Positions 24,769 through 38,064 of a stretch of DNA of 64,000 bases are shown here, in pieces (the first letter of the stretch is position 1; the number at the start of each line of letters is the position of its first letter). The DNA comes from Octopus sinensis (taxonomy: Eukaryota). The stretch spans positions 90,706,001 to 90,770,000 of the forward strand of contig NC_042998.1 of assembly GCF_006345805.1 (NCBI RefSeq), in the 5' to 3' direction. The notes below the pieces were generated by a model, which searched no databases, was not told where the DNA came from, and worked only from the letters and a program-made list of their open reading frames with translations. Position numbers and translations under genes: made by a program.

Positions 24769-25869
24769 ATATATATATATGCACACATACACACACACAC
24801 ACACATATATATATATCATAATTTAATGCGTGTCTTCCTTGCTGGCATGGGTTAGATGGCTTGATGGGAGCTGGTAAGTAGAAGACTGCTTCAAGCTCTG
24901 CTGTCTACTTTGACAGGGTTTTTATGGTTGGATCTCCTTCCTAACATTAACCACTTTACATGTGTGTGTTTGTGCATGCCTCTTTATTTTGACATCACAT
25001 GACAGTTAAAAAAACAAGTATCACCATCATACAAATGGAGTAATTCATCTTCTATCTTTCATGAAAACATGTCCAGTTATGCATTGGGAAATATTATCTT
25101 CTTGGGAAACCAGTGAAAGTGGCATCTGGCTTTAGAAAAGTTGCCTCAGTGAATTTTGTCTGACCCATGCAAGCATAGAAAAGTGGACTTCAAAATGACA
25201 ATGAATTCAATGTGTGTAGGAAAGTTTCTCAACTTACTTTAGCTAAAGAGAGTTCTAATAGTGTTCCATATATCATCTTCAAACTGTCTCTCCCAAGTTA
25301 GCTAGTTATCTTTGCCAAACACTTCAACCTTTTTTCCTCAATAAGTATTTAACCCATTTTATGAAAACTTTTGTTACTGACATCTTTAACCTAGCCCACT
25401 ACCTCATATTTATCAGCTTCTGATGTTTTCTGAAAATATGATTGATAATGACTACATTCCAAATACTCGACTCCTTTAAAAAAAAACCCAAAATTCATTA
25501 AGTTAGGTACTTAAACAACCAACATTATGTGGTACTTTAGGTAAATGTCTTCTTTTATAACCCCAGGCCAACCAAAGTCTGGTGAGTGGATTTGGCAGAT
25601 GGAAACTGAAAAAAGCCCCATCTTGTATGTGTATATGTGTGCATGTGTCTTCTTTTGACATCATACTAGCAGTGTGATTTATTTTTCAATCTTCCAAGAA
25701 ATCTGGCTGGTCATAGGAAAATATTACCTTCCTTGGAAACAAGTGAAGGTTGGTGATAGGAAGGGCATCTGAACATAGAAACTCCTGCCTCAACAGATTC
25801 GATATGGCACTTGCAAGCATGGGAAAATGGATGTTAAAATGATGATGATGACTACAAAACATTCTTTTC

Positions 25870-26100
25870 CTCTGAAGTTATTTATCAAGCCCTGCTCCCA
25901 CCCACAGTCCACTAAATGCACCAACCAATTTTATCATCCCCACTGTGTTTCATCTCATAAATCCTGTTAAATAATTTTCTCAAATCTTTCTTTCCAGGAA
26001 TTTCAACTCTCTGGAATTCCTCTCCTACCCATGTTGCACCCACAAGTATCATCTGTAGAACTTTTGGTGCATTAACCTCAAAAGTTTTGGCCATTGGTCT
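25870..26100 (+). mobile_element. Old CR1/L2-group C-terminal remnant
   Basis: Plus-strand SFFPGISTLWNSSP resembles the SFFPRTxxLWNxLP motif. Confidence 0.5.
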
Positions 26101-27239
26101 TTCTTCCTTTGGCTAAACAATAAAAGAACTGTGAGTGCTATTGTCAACTGAAATAATTAAAGACTTTATTTTTTATGACTGTTATTATACAGTTAAATTA
26201 CGATTCTAGTTTTATGTATAGCCATTGTGAATTGTTGCACTGACAACCTTTATAATTCTCATCTAATTGTTAATTTAACAGTCAATGCAACAAATAGTTT
26301 AAAATTTAAAACTGAAAAGAGAAATTGCTATACAATTTATATCTTTCATTGTATACGCAGTTGTGTTTCAGTGGCACAAATATATTGATCTCTCAAGAAG
26401 ACAGAAAACATTAGTATTGTATAGCTACTTAAAGAATAAAGCAGAAAGCAAATAAAAATAAGAAGAACAAAAGTTAATATTATTAGATTGATGAAAGTGG
26501 CAAGCTGGCGGAATCATTAACACACTGGGCAAAATAATTGGTGGCATTTCACCTGTCTTTACATTCTGAGTTCAAATTCTGCCAAGGTCAACTTTGTCTT
26601 TTGGGGTCAATAAAATAAGTACCAGTTGATCACTAGAGTCAATGTAATCAAATTACCCACTACCCTGAAATTGCTGGCCTTGTACCAAAATTTGAAATCC
26701 ATATTATTAGGTTGATGAAGGCAGTGAGCTGGCAGAATCGTTAGCATGCTGGGCAAAATGCTAAGCAGCATTTCATCTGTCCTTGTTCTGAGTTCTGCCA
26801 AGGGAGACTTTGTCTTTCATCCTTTCAGGGTCGATAAAACAAGTACCAGTTGATCACTGGGGTCAATGTAATCGACATACCCACTCTCTCAGTGATTTAA
26901 ACTTGGGTACTAGATTTAATCTGGTAACTAGTTTAACACCACCACTTGGTCTTTGGATTTTGCAGTTGATACTATTTTATTTAAAGTGTCTGGGGTAGGT
27001 TCCTGATGTGGAGATGACCCTTTCCTTTCTTTCTACCAATCACAGAGCTTCTGAAAGGATCATTTAAGTCAGTTAAGAAAAAAAAGAAAACAACTAGGTT
27101 TTTTTCTAACTTCAGGTTAAAAGCAAAATTGTTATTGTTAATCAGACCAAAGTTCACTATAATGATATTATCATTTTTAAAATAAACTTGTTGCTCATTC
27201 CTCTTTTCAGTATTGCCTTAAATAAGATAAACAATGGAA

Positions 27240-27620
27240 TGCTGCCTCATGCATTGAACAGTACTGCTGTAACATATGCACACACACATGCACTTGACTG
27301 CATCCATAAGAAAGTCACCCAGCTGATTAACCGGGACACTTCAACTTCTTGTTTAAATATAAAGAGCATCAGCACTCTGTATTGCTACTACAACTGCTGC
27401 TCTTCAGAAGTAGCTAGTTGTAGACAACCTCTATTGAAACCCATTCATCAATCATACTGTTCTGTCTCTATCTCTGCTTCAACAGCTCCCGTCCCATGCA
27501 TTAATCCTTATATTCAATCCTTTCTACCTGAATGTCAACCCCCTGGAATTCTATTCCTCCTGATATTTTTCCTGCTGATATCAAATTATTGAGATTCAAG
27601 TTGAGCATCAACTATACCAG
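27240..27620 (+). mobile_element. Old CR1/L2-group C-terminal remnant
   Basis: LDCIHKKVTQLI, LYCYYNCCSSE and WNSIPPDIFPADIKLLRFK fragments. Confidence 0.55.
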
Positions 27621-29069
27621 TTTAGCAAGTTTCGGATTTTTGCCAAGATCATCAACACACTGCTTCAGAAGCCCTAAATGCTCTTTAGAATTAAAGAACA
27701 ATGGTCTTCTAAATGTCAGATATTCCTTGTTATACACCGTTATGTCTTGCTGTGTATATTTAGTTGTTTTGATCTTGTTTAAAACCTCTAACACAGTTAT
27801 ACATCTCCATAAATTTTTCTTCTGAAAAATTTTAAATAAATGATTGTATTTTTTTTTTTTTTTGTAATGAGATACTTAAAAAAAAACAGTCTAGAGTATC
27901 AAGTTAAGTAAATATTTTTAATGATGGTATTGAGAAATGAAAACAACAATCTCTGATATTTATTCATTGGCTTTGGTTATGTGTTGTAATAGAACAAATG
28001 TTAAAATGAAAATTTTTTAAAACCCCCCCAAATTATTCATTTCTTTAATTTTTCAAAACAATCTTCACATTTCTAAGTTTTGAAGATCAGATGTTCCATG
28101 CCTTACACCATTACATCCTGTAATAAATATTTGGCTGTTTTGATCTTGTGTAACACATGCTGGAACATTTACATGCATAAAACTTCTGAAAACTTTTAAA
28201 TAAATAAATGCATTTTTCTTTACTTTTCGTAAAATATAACCTCAGAACAATACGAATGCTGGTCATAAAAGAGCATCTGTTGTATAAAATCAACACACAA
28301 TTACATTTTTTTTTTAGGTTCGAGAAAATCAATTTTATTTTGATGATGACATAAACTCCCTTTTAACTTTTTTATCATTTTTTAAAAAAGATTTTTTATT
28401 TTTGTTTTGAACATCAGACATCAGGGATATTTTCTCTTTTACCTGTTTCAGTGATTAGTACATGGCCATGTTGGGGCACTGCCTGGAATAATTTTTAGTG
28501 GAGTGAATCAACCCCAGTATTTATTATTTTTAAACCTGGTATTTATTCTATTAAGGCCATTTGCCAAACTGCTAAGTTAGGGTACTTAAACAACCAACAC
28601 CAGTTGTCAAATAGTGGTGGGGGACAAACAAACACACATATACACACATGCACACATACGATGGGCTTCTTTCAGTTTCTGTCAACCAAATCCACTCACA
28701 GGCATTTGATTGGTCCAAGGCTAGAATAAAAGACACTCGCCCAAAAGTGTCACACAGTGGGGCCAAACCTAGAACCATGGCAGTTGTTTTGAATATTCCT
28801 TTTAATCTTTTGATAATGCAATATATGTAATTTAATTAAGGCGGTGAGCTAGCAGAATCATTAGAATGCCAGACAAAATGCTTAGCGACATTTGAAGCCA
28901 TCTTTACATCCTGAGTTCAAATTCCACTGAGGTTGACTTTGCCTGTCATCTTTTTGGAGTTAATAAAATAAGTACTAGTTGGGCACTGGGGCCAATGTAA
29001 TTAGATTTCTGCAAAAAATTCTGGCCTTGTGCCAAAATTTGAAACCAATAATATATAATTTAGTGCAGG

Positions 29070-29702
29070 CTGGTTTCCCCAACACACTGCTCTGAATAAT
29101 AAAATTAGAAGAGGCCTCAACACAGTTGACTTCCTGTCCAAACTGGAGCCAGTAGGTCTTTACCGCAGGGATGGTAAATACCCCGATGAAGTAACCCTCT
29201 TCCCAGACAAGAAAGGCAGATTGCTAATCTGAGATGCGATGTGCAGTGACATGTTCTCTGGCTCCAACATTGTTGCATCATCTGCAAACCCAGTTATTGC
29301 TGCCTGTAACACAGAAGAGAGAAAAATAAATAAATATACGAGCCTGACAGTTGCTATCAGTTTGTGCCAGTCGCCATTGAGACTTCAATGTTCTCGGAAC
29401 CTGCACTACCATTTTCCTCCTCAAAATCAGGACACCAGTTGCCTGTCTGTGAAATGAGCCTTGTGAGGTGGTTTGGCTGCTACAGCATGTGTTGGCCATT
29501 CTCCATGGCAATGTCGACGTGGTCTGAACACTCCATTTATTATGGGGTGTGAAGCCCAGAGCTCCCTCCCCCTCTATCTTCTTCTGTTCAACCCCACCCT
29601 CTCTTTTCTGAGGGGGGGGATTCTGTTTCTTTGTTTCCTTGTAATTAAATTGTGATAACTGCCATCTCAAAAAAAAAATAAATAAAATAAAATAAAAATA
29701 AA
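29070..29702 (+). mobile_element. 3' end of a CRE/NeSL-like non-LTR retrotransposon (restriction-like endonuclease domain)
   Basis: [36 protein letters not shown]...ERKINKY...FVPVAIET matches the LEPxGLxRxDGKRPDGxT..WDxTC..KY..FVPxAxET RLE motif. A-rich tail at ~29668-29702. Confidence 0.75.
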
Positions 29703-30057
29703 CCTTCACAGATTAATAATCAAATTGTTTGATGAATACTGTTGTCAAGAATGGACAAGACCAGAGCAGAAAAAATTCGTTCCAATTTGTCTTGAGAGTA
29801 CTGCATATGTTGAGGCCATTACTGCACAAGGTTAGTGGGAACATGATGAGTGGAGATACTTGAAGAATTTACTAACTAAACCCTTCAAGTCAAATTTACC
29901 TGAAGATACCTCAGCCTTGAATGGAGAGTATAAAAGCAAGCAAAGATCAATTGCAAGCAAAAATCAATTTTCTAAAAAAGGCAACAAAATATGAGAACAA
30001 GAATATATTTCCTGTTGATCTGTTGTTCTTTGATTGTATGATATACAGGTATCATAC

Positions 30058-30215
30058 AATCTGCCTTTCCATCTGATAGAGAAACCCTTGGATACCAACA
30101 AAGGTAGAAGCACTCTGAACTTTGCCCAGCCCGTTCTTATCCTGGCAACTACACTTTCAGAATATTCTCTTCTATTGCTAACTTGGTCACCTAAGCAACT
30201 GGTGAATTCACTGGT
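30058..30215 (-). mobile_element. Internal fragment of the RTE family seen at 55-57 kb
   Basis: Aligns to 56413-56555 (ctctgaactttgccca..., acttggtcaccta). Confidence 0.7.
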
Positions 30216-30404
30216 ATTGCAAATAATGCCCAGGCTGAATAAAACTTGATGTACAAAACTGAAGCTGCATTAAATTAAAATAACCCTCTGTGTATCATAC
30301 TTAGTGCTGAGGAAAACTGCAGTATCTTCACTGTCAATGATGTATATGCATTAAGAGTGAAACAAGAATGGCTATTTTAATTTATTGCTGCTTCAACTGT
30401 ATAT

Positions 30405-30573
30405 ACTATGTATGTATGTATGTATGTATGTATGTATGTATGTATGTATGTATGTATGTATGTATGTATGTATGTTATGTATGTATGTATGTATGTATGT
30501 ATTATGTATGTATGTATGTATGTAATGTATGTATGTATGTGTGTGTGTGTGTGTGTGTGTTGTGTGTGTGTGT

Positions 30574-30610
<37 letters not shown>

Positions 30611-30670
30611 TGTGTTGTGTGTGTGTGTGTGGTGTGTGTGTGTGTGTGTTTGTGTGCGTGTGTGTGCATG
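30405..30670. repeat. Compound (TATG)n/(TG)n microsatellite
   Basis: Direct reading. Confidence 0.95.
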
Positions 30671-30972
30671 TGTGTCTTCTGCTTTTAATAATTTAACTTC
30701 TTCCTTTGAAGAAAGAGCTCATTTCTTACAAAAATATAACGCTTCATCTCTAGAACACAGATAACGAAAACAATGTCACATTTTAAACCTGAGAAAAGTA
30801 TTGCATAGTTTTAGTGTTCTGCTTACAGATTATATCTGTAATGTACAAATCAGTTGGTTGATTTCTTTTTCTGAAAATCTAAGCTTATCCGAACTGACAG
30901 TCAGTGGTCTACTTATTATTGGTATAAATGTAAATTTGTAATCTGGAATGTATGTATGTATGTATGTATGTA

Positions 30973-31013
<41 letters not shown>

Positions 31014-31174
31014 TTTTACTTGTTTCAGTAATTTGACTGCGGCCATGCTGGAGCACCGCCTTTATTCGAGCAAATCGACCCCGGGACTTATTCTTTGTAA
31101 GCCCAGTACTTATTCTATCAGTCTCTTATATATATATATATGATGTATGTATGTATATATGTATGTATGCATAT

Positions 31175-31220
<46 letters not shown>

Positions 31221-31224
<4 letters not shown>

Positions 31225-31706
31225 GTTAAAGAGGACAACAAACGTTAAGATAAGGCAAATATCTCAAGTCATATACATTATAATTATTATTAGAAAAAAG
31301 ATTCTAAGTCTTACAGCTGTTTTGGGGATATCCCAGATTATGGGATAGTTTGTCATCTCTGTAGGTTAAAGTCAGGACTTTAACCTTCATAGGTTTACAC
31401 TGGATTTCACCTAAGGACTAATGGACTTACTTCTACAAGATTGGAAAGTTTAACTGTGAACTTTTATGCTTCTTTTTTCTCCTCTTTCTTCATCTCCTTA
31501 TTCTTTTACGCCTGTCCTCTATGTCATCATTTCATTAATTTATACCCTTCTAATTTTCCCTATTTGTCACCGATGACGGAATATCCCATACTCTGGGATA
31601 TCCCAGAAACAGCTGTAAGACTTAGAACCTTTTTTTCCAATAATAATGTATATGACTTGAGATGGTTGCCTTGTCTTAACGTTTGTCGTCCTCTTTAACA
31701 GTTATA
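31221..31706. mobile_element. (TA)n-anchored inverted-repeat element (~140-bp arms) with a decayed hammerhead-like motif; Penelope-like or retrozyme-like
   Basis: 31221-31360 is the reverse complement of 31566-31706. The right arm reads CCGATGA-hairpin-GAAAC-AGCT-GTA. Confidence 0.65.
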
Positions 31707-32149
31707 TATCTGCTATATTGGAAATCTGCAATGGGTCCATAACTACCATCTTGGCTTTAACCTTGGAACCCTAATAATCTGCTACAGCACTTACCTAGTG
31801 TACCTAGTTGTTTTAATCACCTGTGAATTAAACCCCCATATTTTATACACCTCCCACACACACACACATATACACATACATATATACATATATATATCAT
31901 ATATAGCCATATATATATATGGATATATATATGTAACCAACAAAATGCTATCATGCACATGTTACTAGTGAGTTTTGGGTTCAGTTATTGATCCTACATT
32001 AAACTTCTATACCCTACTATCCTACTGTCATACAGATCTAATTACCTACAAGTGAGAATAGACTAAAATGGGAAAAATGTAGATAATGTATTTGATATTT
32101 ACATGCACTTTAGCCTATCCCCAAATATAATGACTGTACATATATTATA

Positions 32150-32460
32150 TCATCATCATTTAACCTCTGCTTTCCATGCTGGCATGGATTAGACAGTTTG
32201 ATTGAAACTGATAAGCTGGAGAGCTGCACCAGGTTCCAATCTGACTTGGCATGGTTTCTATGGCTGGATCTCCTTCCTAATGCCAACCACTCCAAGATTG
32301 TAATGAGTGCTTTTTACATGCCACTGGCATTGGCCACAACTGTGATTTCACTTGGCTTGATGGGTCTTCTCAAGCACGGCATATTACCTAAGGTCTTGGT
32401 CACTTGTCATTGCTTCTGTGAGACCCAATATTCAAAGATCATGCTTCACAGATGCCCTCC
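32150..32460 (-). mobile_element. RTE LINE 3' end
   Basis: (CAT)n tail on +, RTE 3' UTR motifs, and gatcatgcttcac (VKHDL on the minus strand). Confidence 0.7.
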
Positions 32461-32849
32461 ACAGTTAGAGATTGGCACTTGGAATAAACTTGGCTATTGA
32501 AAAACATGTAGTCATACTTTGAACTATCCATTCATGTTGTTTGTTTGTATGTGTGTGTGTGTGTATTAAAAACTACATTGTTGAATTTCCTGCTGAAATA
32601 GATTATCTAGCAATTTATGTCTTTTGTATTGTGACCTCTCTTTTAGTGAAGGTTTTTAGATTTTTCTTTCATAATTCTCAGATGGACAGAGGCTGAGATT
32701 GATTTGCTTATTCGAGGAAGTAGATTAATCAACAAAAGAGAAGATCCCACACTAGTTCAACCATGTGTGCCATCTGTGATCATCTTTTTCCACTTCTGTG
32801 GCCACTAACAGATTCCTCAATCAAGAATAAAAGAACTCATATATACAAA

Positions 32850-34085
32850 ATGAGGACATTATCCGAATCACTGATCGCGAATCCTGGGTGTATGTTGTTT
32901 ACCTAAGGCTTTTAATTCTGTGCCACACAAAAGACTTATGGTGAAACTCTCTGCAATGGCTGTAAGAGACGATCTCTATAACTGGTTGAAGTACTTTATT
33001 ATCGGCCGAAAAGAGGTTGTCACAGTTCTAGGACAGCAATCTTCACCCTATGAGATGACATCTTGTGTACCACAGGAATCTGTTCGTGGCCCCCTTTTAT
33101 TTGTTGCATATATTAATGACATAGATACCAACTTAAAGAATGCCACAGTGCTGAAATATGCAGATGACATCAAGCTGTACCTCAAAATAAAGAGGTCAGA
33201 TCCTATACACTATAGATCTCTATTGCAATCAGACCTGGACACAATGCAGCATTGGATCATGGACTGGCAATTCAAGCTGGCTGTGGACAAATGTACCACC
33301 ATGCATTTTAAGAGGAAAAACCCAGCATCTACTTACTCCCTCCACAACACTAATCTCAAAAAGTCTTCTTGTGAATGTGACCTGGGTGTTATTGTCAACA
33401 GCGATTTGCGTTGGACAAAACACGTCGCTAAAATTGCCAAGAAGGCTGAGGGTGTCTTGGCATCACTCACCAAGTGTCCTTTGTGAGCTGCTCTCCAGCT
33501 ATCTATCTGCGGGTTTATATAGCTATGGTACGACCTCTCCTGGAATTTGCATCACCGGTCTGGAACCCCTATCTTGCCCAGGATATTAATCGTCTGGAAA
33601 ACATTCAGCAACGTGCAACCAAGAGAATACCCTCCATCAGGCATTTGCCATATTCTGAACACCTTACTTCCCTGGGCATGGATACATTGAAACTCCGACG
33701 TCTGGCAGCTGACTTGACAGACACCCATCTTACTAACAATAACTCTGAGTACCTTTTCAAACTCCACCCGTGGACATATTTACAAAGTCAGAAAACAGCA
33801 CAGCTCCCATGACTTTCGGAAACATTTTTTCATGCTAAGAGTTGCTGAAGCATAGAACAAACTGCTGGCATCAGTTGTTAGTTGTAGGAGCACTGCATCT
33901 TTCAAAACCTCCATGCTTCCTGAGATTCACCTGATTTTCTCCCCTCCATACACATGCAAGCATGTATCTGACTCATACACTGTTCGCTTTCCAGACATTT
34001 GTACATTACTGCATAGGCTTAATACGCACTTTTGACAAGTTGTGGTGCACCTGAGTACTGTATACAATAATTTCATTATTATAAA
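32850..34085 (+). mobile_element. CR1-group LINE 3' fragment (RT core and C-terminus), frameshifted
   Basis: KAFNSVPH, VPQESVRGPLLF, KYADDIKLY, DLGVIV and LEFASPVWNPY motifs. Frameshift near 33480. Confidence 0.88.
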
Positions 34086-35819
34086 ATATATACTGTATTG
34101 CAAAATACATACAGTGTAACATGAACTGCTCCTCTGCATCTAAAGACTGTGTGACTGTGTCTACTTATCATAGCTGGAATCAGGGTCTTCTTAACAATTT
34201 TAAAGACCCCCCCAGGACAAAACAATGCACTGGAGTTACTGTGTATACAGCCATGGAATACATAGATTCGTATTGGGTCCCTAGAACCATGGGATCACTT
34301 TGAACATCAACTTTCCATTGTGTGTGTGATTTAAGATGGCGTTGTTTAAGATGTAAACCAGTAAACCTGAGGGCTGCCTCAAGTTATTTTTAAATAACTA
34401 TCAGCATTTTACAAGTCTGATCCAAAAGAGTTGTCCCAATAACTGAACAACAACAACAACACCAACTACGAATGAAGAAAAGGTGTTAAAGTTAGGGAAT
34501 GGAAAGTAATTTTATTTTTATTTCTTTTGGCAGTTAGTACTTTTCTTTATTATGTTTTAATGCTCCCATAAAGTTGAAAGAAAACGTAGTCATACATAAA
34601 CTTAGAAAAGAGGAAAAGCTAATAAAAACTAGAAAAAAAATTCAGACAATGAGACACAATTGTATCTTGTAATTTTGTTTTTCTTTAAATTGAAAGCAGG
34701 ATTGGAATGTGAAATTCTTTCCATTTTAAAAAGGAACAGTCATAACTAGAATTTAATCAAGACATTACCAGACCGTCATAAAACAGAGATTTCTTTCTGT
34801 TTCTTATTTAGTTTCCTTTGCTTTGATTGTCTTTTGCATTTCCTTTCAACTTGCTTTTATGTAGTTTATATAGTCTATTCATACAACATTCTTTTGTTTA
34901 CTATTTTATGGCTGCAAGTTTGCAAAAATAACGCCTCTTCAAACATGTTGAATATATCAAGCTGTACATGTCTAGGTCTTCTAGCAAATTGTCTTTAATA
35001 AATTATAAAGTATTTAATTAAATATTTTTACAATAGGATTTTAATTCATGATTTACCATCATTAAAAGGATCCTGCATCTGTTTTCACAACGTTTTTGAT
35101 TCAACAAATATTTTCACTTCAAATTTTCTTTTTTGTTACAAGTTCTTTTATTTTCTATTATATCCCAATTTGTTCATAAATGAATTATACGTTTTAACTC
35201 CACTTCTTCTGGCTTACCTTTGCCCAGTTACCATCACTGTTCAGCAATATGATCACTATTCATACAATATGATCTCAGCTTTTCTCATCACATATCTAAA
35301 TCAGAGAAAACCAGAAGTGTTGTGTATTTCATAAAAAAAAAATGAAAAAAACAACTGCAAAGCTTTGCCTCCTTAAGTTCTTGTATATTAAATGGAAGAA
35401 AGATGAATCTTCCCTTGGACACTATGTTAGTCAATTAGATATACAGTTCTGAGAAAATCTGGTATGTACTTATTACAGATAGGAAAATTGAGATGTAAAA
35501 AGTTAAAAACCCTATCTAGTGATTTAAAACACCATAAGCTTTATATGGTCAAAAAGAGAATTTTCTACCATCAGATCACAATTTTTCTTTTATGAAAGTG
35601 TGCCTTTGTAAATTAGGTTCCTTTATATGACTTTACAAAGTGTGTTGTGATTACTACTACCTTTCCTTCAAATAGTTAGATCTTTCAAAATTCCCCGTGT
35701 GCCCAGGGAGGTTTCTCATTGATTTCCTTCTGAAATACATCTATCCTTCAATCCTTCCTCTCCTGCCCACTATTCTTGGGTACTTCCTCTATAGATATCT
35801 GCCAGAAGCAACCATCATT

Positions 35820-36760
35820 AGACTTTCTGGCTGGATTCTCAAGTAAGTAACTATGGTTATCATCTAACCATCTCATTCTTGGTCTACTCCTAGGTCTCCT
35901 GCCACTTAGTTTGCATTGAAAAATTCATCTAGCAATTCTTTCCTATGACATTCCAATTACATGTCTGAAGTATTGGAGCTGTTATCTCTCAATGCAGGAA
36001 AGTAGCGGCTTGACCTGGAGACTTCCCTGATCTCTGAGTTTCACATCCTGTCAAGTAGCTTTTCTCCAGAGAATCTTCAGATGAGCCCCATTTCAGCTGC
36101 TAGTATTTGTAATCAAACACTTTTAGCCATTATCCAACATTCGTGACCACAGGTGAGGAAAGGCATGCAAGCTGAATTGAAGATAGCTAGTTTGGCTTTT
36201 TTACAAACCTCTCCTCTTTTCAAGATTGAATGTTGGAGTTTGCACATCACTGAACTAGTAGCTGCAATTCTAGCTTCAAATTCTGCTTCCTGCTTTCCAT
36301 CACTTGTGAATACAAGTGATGATACTTAAACTTTAACACTTATCTCTGTGATGTCCCACTAATATGCACAATGCACTGGTAAGACTTTCTTGAGAAAACC
36401 TTTGCCTTAGTCTTTGCAACATTAATTTCACCTCTTCTTGCAGCACTCAACAGTAAACCCATTCAGTGCATGCAGGAGAACACTTTTTGATGAGGCAAGC
36501 AGCGCCATGTTGTCTGCATACATCATCTGATTGATCCTACATCCACTGATTGGAATATACTTCCACAACAGCTGTCCATGTCAATCCAGTTCAGAGGTGA
36601 CAATACACACCCTTACTAAAATCCAACACCTATGTTGAAAGGTTTCAAATTAATAATATTTACCAAAACACAAACATCTGGGTAATATCTGAAATACATC
36701 CTCAGCAACATTGAATCCATCTGGATATCAATTACATTTGAATATCTCAAAGTTTATGTT
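35820..36760 (-). mobile_element. Decayed RTE LINE RT and C-terminal fragment
   Basis: Minus strand gives MMYADNMALLASS (YADD box) and GHECWIMA..ILAAEMGL..LLDRM.NSEIR. Confidence 0.75.
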
Positions 36761-38064
36761 AACTGTGGTTAGTAATGAGCTCTCCTTATAATGTTAAGTT
36801 CCAGTTGGGGGATACCTTCCTTCCTCCCTACGATCAGTCAGGGGGTCCTCATAGGAAGTCAAGATCACTGCCCTTCTTGTATTTTTTTTAAAGACACACA
36901 AATAATACTGAAAATAAAAAAAACAAATGAAGTTAGTTAGAAATAGAGGGAAAGCTGAAAATAAGCTTTGCAATGATCAACATGGGAAAAATAATTTGGG
37001 AGCTGTTACCTTCAAAAATATTTCATAGAACTTTTAAAATATTTTGATATATAATCTATTTTTTAAAAATTATTGGCTGGTTTAGATCAGGGATCAGCAA
37101 ATTGATCAATATTAACCCATGGTAGTCTTTGTGGCTATCTAAGGGTGTTGATAAACACCTGAAATGATTTTGAGTATTAAGGGTACTGAATTATTAGCTA
37201 ATTGGATCTAGAAGAGCATGACAATTCATGGATAAAACTCAGCCAAATATTGATGCAGAATCTAATACAGAAGCAATAACATATTTCACTTTAAATATTC
37301 TAGCTGCATCAATATAATATGACTATATTTTTATTGTTCTTTATCAATTTTGTTAAGTTTTTTCTTTAAATTTCTTGAAATATTTCTTATTAAAATATTG
37401 TAATGACAAAAGAATTAAGAAATTACTGTATTTTAAATTAAGACATTTTTTATTAATTATACTTTTTAATTTTATTTCAGAAATGAAGGGTGTCAGTAAG
37501 TAAAATAACTGATTCCATGAAGGGATCAATGATTTAAGTTTGCCAACCTGTGGTTAAGATGAAGGAACTGTGTTCAGGGTTTTGATAGACTGTATGAGAT
37601 CCAGTGAAAGCAATGCAGTTGAAGTTCCTGATTAGTTGCAAGTTGATGGTTGCAGAAAAAAACATTTACTAAGAGGGAATTCCAGATGAACTGTAAGAAG
37701 GACTGGATATAGAAAATGTGATAAGAATTAACAGCACATGCTTTGGAAACATGCATAAAATTGATAAGAAATTGTTCTTTACTGGAATCTCTAGATTTTC
37801 CCCAGGCACAGTTATGGCTTTAAGTGCAGGTGTGGTTGTGGTTAAGAACCTTACTTCCTGACCATGTTGGCAACTTAAGCAAGTGTCTTCTACTATAGCT
37901 CTTGGTCAACCAAAGCCTTGTGAGTGGATTTGGTAGATGGAAACTGAAATGGTTTGACAGGAGCTGGGCAACCAGAGAGTTGCACCAGGCTTCAGTTATC
38001 TGTTTTGGTTTGGTTTCTGTGGCTGGATGCTCTTCCTAATATCAACCATTTTACAGAGTATACT

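Noticed and set aside
30368-30764. ORFs rich in MYVC/CV or YLSI/HTY repeats (also 43058-43760, 61719-62251, 62340-62953)
   Set aside because: They are translations of microsatellites.
35218-35295. 78-nt minus-strand exon-like segment with a good acceptor and GTAAGC donor
   Set aside because: It has stops in all three frames and no partner exons were found. It could only be non-coding, and there is no further support.
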